Part shown: positions 38,046 through 42,556 of the stretch, piece after piece
How positions within the stretch are numbered: position 1 is the first letter of the stretch
Layout of the letters: every line of letters begins with the position of its first letter
Assembly: GCA_007131635.1 (NCBI GenBank)
Contig: SLQE01000063.1
Location: 1-42,556, forward strand
Source of the DNA: Bacteroidota bacterium
Lineage (GTDB): Bacteria > Bacteroidota > Ignavibacteria > T3Sed10-11
Reading direction: 5' to 3'
DNA length: 42,556 nucleotides
Notes under the pieces: generated by a model
Database searches by the model: none
The model's input: the letters and a program-made list of their open reading frames with translations, nothing else
Told to the model about the DNA's origin: nothing
Program-made: the position numbers and the translations under genes

Positions 38046-38990
38046 ATGAAAATCATTTTTTTCGGCACGCCGGAATTTGCGATCCCCAGTCTTCGAATGA
38101 TTTTGCAGGAAGGGTATGAAGTAGCAGCCGTCGTCACCGCCCCCGATAAACCGGGAGGTCGCGGACAGCAAATCTTATCCTCCCCGGTAAAGAAATATGC
38201 TATCCAAAAGAGTATTCCCGTCCTTCAACCCCAAAACTTAAGGGATAAGGAGTTTATTGATGCAATTAAGAACATTACCCCGGATGTAATGGTTGTTGTA
38301 GCATATCGTATCCTTCCTCCTGAAGTATTCACTATTCCTCAAAGAGGTGCATTTAACTTACATGCATCGCTTCTCCCGAGATATCGCGGTGCTGCTCCGA
38401 TAAACTGGGCAATTATCCGGGGCGAAACAGAGACAGGCGTGACGACCTTTTTTCTCAAAGAAAAAGTAGATACCGGTAACATCATTTTGCAGGCGCGATG
38501 TCCGATCGGTGAACATGAAACCGCGGGTGAACTGCATGATAAACTCGCGGAAATAGGATCGGGAGTCGTATTGCATACGATTGGATTAATAGAACAAGGC
38601 AAAGCGAAACCAATTCCTCAGGATAATAGTCTGGCCTCATCGGCACCAAGACTTACCAGAGAAACCGGCCTCATCGATTGGACGGCCGATGCCACAGCCG
38701 TGCATAATCTTGTGAGGGGATTATCGCCGGTGCCGGCAGCCTATACATTCCTGGGTGACAGCATGCTGAAACTGTACCGGACGAGCATTATAGACAAAAC
38801 CGTTTCGGATAAACCCGGTACAATTATGAAAGCTGATACTCAGTTGCATATTGCAACGGGTAATGGTGTTGTTAATATTCATGAACTTCAAAAAGAGGGA
38901 AAAAAAAGAATGGATACGGCTTCGTTCCTTCGCGGAACGCAGGTAGCACCCGGACAACGATTACATTCAAAAAAGAATTCTCAACCCTGA
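38046..38990 (+). CDS. fmt: Methionyl-tRNA formyltransferase
   Basis: MKIIFFGTPEFAIPSL, NLHASLLPRYRGAAPINWAI (formyltransferase SLLP motif) and the C-terminal tRNA-binding domain are present. It is adjacent to def. Confidence 0.93.
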   Translation: MKIIFFGTPEFAIPSLRMILQEGYEVAAVVTAPDKPGGRGQQILSSPVKKYAIQKSIPVLQPQNLRDKEFIDAIKNITPDVMVVVAYRILPPEVFTIPQRGAFNLHASLLPRYRGAAPINWAIIRGETETGVTTFFLKEKVDTGNIILQARCPIGEHETAGELHDKLAEIGSGVVLHTIGLIEQGKAKPIPQDNSLASSAPRLTRETGLIDWTADATAVHNLVRGLSPVPAAYTFLGDSMLKLYRTSIIDKTVSDKPGTIMKADTQLHIATGNGVVNIHELQKEGKKRMDTASFLRGTQVAPGQRLHSKKNSQP

Positions 38991-39389
38991 AATCATTACT
39001 CCAAGTAATAGCAGACCGACGAACGTATGATAAAGATTTGGAACTACACCCCGTTGTGTGATACGGGGTAAAACCTTTATTGTGTTCCTGAATATTTTTT
39101 CATACTCCCTGCGGTAATCTTCCGGTGCACCTAAAACGTATGGAATCCAATGAGCTCGTACCTGAGCTATGAGCCATAAGAGTGCAAGTATGAGTGTAAA
39201 AACAACACCGCTTTTTTTCTCAAACAGAAGAAGTGAAATAGAAATGACCCAGAGGAACGTGAAAAAAAGGTTGATATTCCACATAGCCGTACGGGCTTTT
39301 GGACGCCGGCTGAATCTTTTTATACCGATGAATTCACCGATAAAAAATAAAATGAATAAACTGCTTGCGGTAATGGTCAGCACGTGCAT
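38967..39389 (-). CDS. Hypothetical small integral membrane protein (about 4 TM helices)
   Basis: Four hydrophobic segments and no recognisable motif. I prefer ATG 39389, which lies 1 nt after the upstream stop (TAAtATG), over the ORF-track start at 39416. Its 3' end overlaps the 3' end of fmt, which is convergent, by 24 nt. Confidence 0.55.
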   Translation of the reverse strand: MHVLTITASSLFILFFIGEFIGIKRFSRRPKARTAMWNINLFFTFLWVISISLLLFEKKSGVVFTLILALLWLIAQVRAHWIPYVLGAPEDYRREYEKIFRNTIKVLPRITQRGVVPNLYHTFVGLLLLGVMISGLRILF

Positions 39390-39390
39390 A

Positions 39391-40071
39391 TTATAGACGC
39401 CGCCGCCAGTTCTCAAGCGTGGCCAGGGGCACGCGGACCTCGTTGCCTACGATTTCACTGTTGATAGGGTCCGGATAATTATTCGGACAGCATGACAATG
39501 CCTGCATAGTACCCACTTCCCATTTCGCATTGCAATTGTCGCATTTGATTGCGCCGTCGATAATAGTAAATCGTGTTGCATTGCAGGGTTCACTTATGCT
39601 TATTGCGGTCACAAGCTTACCTTTTGGCGATATATATGAAAGAACGGGAATATTCGTTGTTCCACCCTCATACTCTACGCGAACGAGCTCGTATTCAAGG
39701 ACATCGTTGAGGGAGAAAATAAGGTAACCGTTATCGACCCTCGAATCGACATCTATCATCGATACTGTGCGGTTCTCATACAATCTGCCGTCACCGACAA
39801 CCGGTTGTGCTGCAATTACACTATGTTCTTCTATGGTGAGATAGTTATAAAATATGAAAAGAAGGATGACAATAATGAAAGCGAACAATCCGATAATTGC
39901 AAGTTTCGCTTTTGGCATAGGATCGCTTTTGGGAGGTGCCATCCTTTTGCTCATGGGTGTTTCGACGGCTCGTCCGTTTTTTTGCCGTGTGAATGCCTGT
40001 CCGCATTTTGTGCAAAAATTTGCATTTCCTTTCTGTTCAGATCCGCACTGAGGACAATAACGTAAAGTCAT
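39391..40071 (-). CDS. Zinc-ribbon, single-TM, Cys-rich DUF2318/FtrD-like extracytoplasmic domain protein
   Basis: N-terminal CPQCG...CTKCG zinc ribbon. One TM helix (LAIIGLFAFIIVILLFIF). The C-terminal domain carries PCNATRF, IKCDNCNAKWEVG and SCCPNNYPDPI. These resemble the DUF2318 pattern as I recall it (...CnnCgxxF...GgCNPxPl). Confidence 0.6.
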   Translation of the reverse strand: MTLRYCPQCGSEQKGNANFCTKCGQAFTRQKNGRAVETPMSKRMAPPKSDPMPKAKLAIIGLFAFIIVILLFIFYNYLTIEEHSVIAAQPVVGDGRLYENRTVSMIDVDSRVDNGYLIFSLNDVLEYELVRVEYEGGTTNIPVLSYISPKGKLVTAISISEPCNATRFTIIDGAIKCDNCNAKWEVGTMQALSCCPNNYPDPINSEIVGNEVRVPLATLENWRRRL

Positions 40072-40107
40072 ATTGTTCTTGCTCTCAAAATTGTTATTTT
40101 CTATTGT

Positions 40108-40130
40108 AGGGCGGACAGGGTGTCCGCCCT
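40108..40130 (-). terminator. GC-rich perfect hairpin downstream of fbaB (putative terminator)
   Basis: AGGGCGGACA-ggg-TGTCCGCCCT forms a 10-bp perfect stem with a 3-nt loop. It lies 29 nt beyond the fbaB stop on the minus strand. There is no strong U-tract immediately after it on the minus strand. Confidence 0.5.
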
Positions 40131-40158
40131 GGATTTAAGAAACGTAAAATTCCGTTTT

Positions 40159-41247
40159 TCAGGCAACAGTTACATCTTTGGAGAGAAAAACATCCTGGAT
40201 AGCATTTAAAAGCTTAACGCCATCCTCCATCGGTCTCTGAAATGCTTTTCTACCTGAAATTAATCCCATACCGCCTGCACGTTTGTTAATCACGGCAGTC
40301 TTAACGGCTTCGGCGAAATCGTTTTTACCGGAGGGACCGCCTGAGTTAATCAATCCGATACGGCCCATATAGCAGTTTGCCACCTGGTAACGTGTTAAAT
40401 CGATCGGATGATCTATGGCGAGTTCTTCATACACTTTTTTATGGGTCTTACCGAAATTAATAGCAGTATAACCGCCGTTGTTTTCGGGCATCTTTTGTTT
40501 GATTATATCGGCCTGAATTGTGACTCCGAGGTGGTTTGCCTGACCGGTTAAATCCGCTGCCGTATGATAGTCTACTCCGTCTTTTTTAAACCCGGAGTTA
40601 CGAAGATAGCACCAGAGGACGGTTACCATACCGAGCTCGTGGGCATAATCAAACGCTTCGGCTACTTCCTGAATTTGTCTGTTGGACTCTTCGGAGCCGA
40701 AATAAATAGTTGCCCCGACGGCTGCTGCACCCATTTTCCATGCTTGCTCAATGGTACCGAACATAATTTGGTCATATGTGTTCGGATAGCTGAGTAGTTC
40801 ATTGTGATTAATTTTTACGAGAAACGGTATCTTGTGCGCGTACTTTCGGGCAACACTTCCGAGCACGCCGAATGTTGAAGCTACGGCGTTGCATCCGCCT
40901 TCGATCGCGAGCTTTACGATATTCTCGGGATCAAAGTATATCGGATTGGGTGCAAAAGAAGCACCCGCGGCATGCTCAATGCCCTGATCAACAGGAAGTA
41001 TTGATAGATAACCTGTTCCCGCTAATCTGCCGGTTTGAAAGATCCATTCCAGATTCTTAAGAACATTGTTGTTTCGGTCGGTCAATGAAAATACCCGGTC
41101 GACAAAATCCGGTCCGGGAAGAGTGAGATCCTCTTTTTTGATTCCTTTACAGGTATATCCAAGTAGCGATGAAGCCTCATTTCCCAGATTTTCTTCGATG
41201 TCGGTGTTAATGTTTACGGTTTTATAGTTTTCCGCTTGTGTTGTCAT
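40159..41247 (-). CDS. fbaB: Class I fructose-bisphosphate aldolase, FbaB/DhnA type
   Basis: Near-collinear match to E. coli FbaB as I recall it: [112 protein letters not shown]. Confidence 0.93.
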   Translation of the reverse strand: MTTQAENYKTVNINTDIEENLGNEASSLLGYTCKGIKKEDLTLPGPDFVDRVFSLTDRNNNVLKNLEWIFQTGRLAGTGYLSILPVDQGIEHAAGASFAPNPIYFDPENIVKLAIEGGCNAVASTFGVLGSVARKYAHKIPFLVKINHNELLSYPNTYDQIMFGTIEQAWKMGAAAVGATIYFGSEESNRQIQEVAEAFDYAHELGMVTVLWCYLRNSGFKKDGVDYHTAADLTGQANHLGVTIQADIIKQKMPENNGGYTAINFGKTHKKVYEELAIDHPIDLTRYQVANCYMGRIGLINSGGPSGKNDFAEAVKTAVINKRAGGMGLISGRKAFQRPMEDGVKLLNAIQDVFLSKDVTVA

Positions 41248-41407
41248 AATACCTTCCTTTCAATTCGATTGGATGAGTTTTTCTCTTAATATTACGAATA
41301 AAATTTGAGTTATTCAATTCAATAATGTATTTTATATGTTTAATTAATTTTGCCTATCCGGCACATAGTCCGGTATAACTATATGTTCTGGGAGAGATCC
41401 ATATTCT

Positions 41408-42457
41408 ATGTTTAGAAATTTATTTCTGCTGCCGGTTTTATTTTTTCTGGTAACGGAGAATCCAACCGGTGATTCAATGCATCATACCGGATCCGGTTTT
41501 CAAAATCCGTGGGTGCGCGGGGAGGATGATAAAAATTTTTTTGACTTCCTCCGCTGGCGATGGAATAGATTGTTTTCAAACCAGGAGCCGAAACCCGATC
41601 GATATCAGTTCAATGTTATACCACCGGAATTTGTAAATCCCCCCCGACGGATTTATGGTGGTATGCTCACATGGGTAGGACACGCAACGTTTCTCATACA
41701 AATGGAAAATAAAAATATTTTAACCGATCCGGTCTGGAGTGACCGGGTAGGACCCTTCGGTAATCGTGTCGGACCGACTCGGTATACCCCCGCCGGAATA
41801 CCCTGGGAAAAACTACCTCCCATCGATATAGTCATACTGTCCCATAACCATTATGATCACATGGATCGTGAGACGATCGAACGGTTGGAAAAAGAGTTTG
41901 AACCGGTTTTTTTCGTACCGCTTGAAAATAAAAAATTTTTAGATGAATGGGGAGTTCAGCAAGTTGTAGAATTAGACTGGTGGGATGATTATGATATCGA
42001 TGGGATCAGAATAGTTTGTACGCCGGCGCAACATTTTTCACAGCGATGGCTCAATGACCATAATGAATCACTCTGGGCCAGTTGGATCATCGAGGGTGAA
42101 GATCATACCATTTATTTTGCCGGAGATACGGGTTATTTCCCCGGGTTTAAAGAAATAGGTGAACGGCACACGCAGATCGACATTGCGTTGATGCCTATCG
42201 GTGCATACGAACCCCGTTGGTTTATGAATCATGCGCATGTCAATCCGGCTGAGGCGTTGCAGGCATATCTCGATCTTAACGCCCGCTACTTTGCTGCAAT
42301 GCATTGGGGTACATTCGACCAGGCCGATGAATTACTCGATCAACCGCCGAAAGACTTGATAGCTGCGGTCGATTCATTACGTATAGATCCCGAGCTCATC
42401 TGGATTTTTGCATTCGGTGAATCGAGAGCAATACCACCGCACTCTGCAAATCAATGA
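41408..42457 (+). CDS. MBL-fold metallo-hydrolase (NAPE-PLD-like subgroup)
   Basis: Signal-like N-terminus. TWVGHATFLIQ...LTDPVWS, the metal motif LSHNHYDHMD, and later FAGDTGY and MHWGTF are typical of the Zn-dependent beta-lactamase-fold hydrolases related to N-acyl-PE phospholipase D. Confidence 0.8.
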   Translation: MFRNLFLLPVLFFLVTENPTGDSMHHTGSGFQNPWVRGEDDKNFFDFLRWRWNRLFSNQEPKPDRYQFNVIPPEFVNPPRRIYGGMLTWVGHATFLIQMENKNILTDPVWSDRVGPFGNRVGPTRYTPAGIPWEKLPPIDIVILSHNHYDHMDRETIERLEKEFEPVFFVPLENKKFLDEWGVQQVVELDWWDDYDIDGIRIVCTPAQHFSQRWLNDHNESLWASWIIEGEDHTIYFAGDTGYFPGFKEIGERHTQIDIALMPIGAYEPRWFMNHAHVNPAEALQAYLDLNARYFAAMHWGTFDQADELLDQPPKDLIAAVDSLRIDPELIWIFAFGESRAIPPHSANQ

Positions 42458-42556
42458 TATGAAGTCTTTACCGCGGTTAATAATTATATTTCTGTCTTTT
42501 GAATATTGTAATCAGTAAATATAGAATTAACCGAAAAATTTTACAATAATGAAAAA

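Noticed and set aside
41345-41352. TAATTTTG, a match to the Bacteroidota -7 promoter consensus TAnnTTTG, about 55 nt upstream of the MBL-hydrolase gene
   Set aside because: It is a single 8-mer match in very A/T-rich DNA, and the nearest upstream TTTG (41304-41307) is at the wrong spacing for a -33 element. I could not find comparable matches in the other intergenic regions I checked (upstream of porU, of sprA/lptF and of rpoD), so I cannot support a promoter call.
1-42556. Search for CRISPR arrays, tRNA/rRNA genes, IS elements, integrases, prophage or defence-island signatures, and long direct or inverted repeats
   Set aside because: No repeat-spacer periodicity is visible. No intergenic region is long or structured enough for an rRNA or tRNA; the largest gaps are 150-280 nt and A/T-rich. 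No transposase, recombinase or phage-like ORFs are present. The window reads as core chromosome.

Overview
Dense, almost fully coding chromosomal segment with about 33 CDS. I found no rRNA, tRNA, CRISPR array, transposase or integrase. It looks like an FCB-superphylum genome (Bacteroidota/Ignavibacteriota-like): it carries type IX secretion (T9SS) hallmark genes and a short primary sigma factor of about 285 aa. Many genes nevertheless have clear Shine-Dalgarno sites.

Layout:
- 1-1 kb: RpiB-family isomerase and a HIT protein.
- 1.2-13.6 kb: a tightly packed five-gene envelope operon. It runs PorU-like C25 sortase, PorV, a CTD-bearing protein with a dead M6-protease-like domain and propeller repeats, a fusion of a HExxH domain, PD40 repeats and an Omp85-type barrel, then a DUF5683-like protein.
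- 13.7-16.2 kb: an LptF/LptG permease pair on the minus strand.
- 16.4-23.3 kb: the giant T9SS translocon SprA.
- 23.4-31.7 kb: housekeeping and metabolic genes (aromatic amino-acid decarboxylase, DUF58, psd-pssA, purS-purQ, tatA, gatA, sucD, ndk).
- 31.8-35.8 kb: GAF-GAF-degenerate GGDEF protein, a small zinc-ribbon protein, deoB and two tandem EutN/CcmL microcompartment vertex genes.
- 35.9-42.5 kb: rpoD, an NlpC/P60 lipoprotein, def-fmt, a zinc-ribbon/DUF2318-like protein with a 4-TM partner (minus strand), fbaB (minus strand) and an MBL-fold hydrolase.

Most interesting leads:
- The extended porU-porV operon may be a non-canonical T9SS attachment module.
- The two BMC vertex genes have no shell-hexamer genes nearby and are fused into a deoB operon. 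Together with an atypical RpiB at the window edge, this hints at a sugar-phosphate microcompartment.
- The GGDEF domain has a dead active site but an intact I-site.

All calls rest on reading the translated ORFs and on remembered family motifs. No searches were run.
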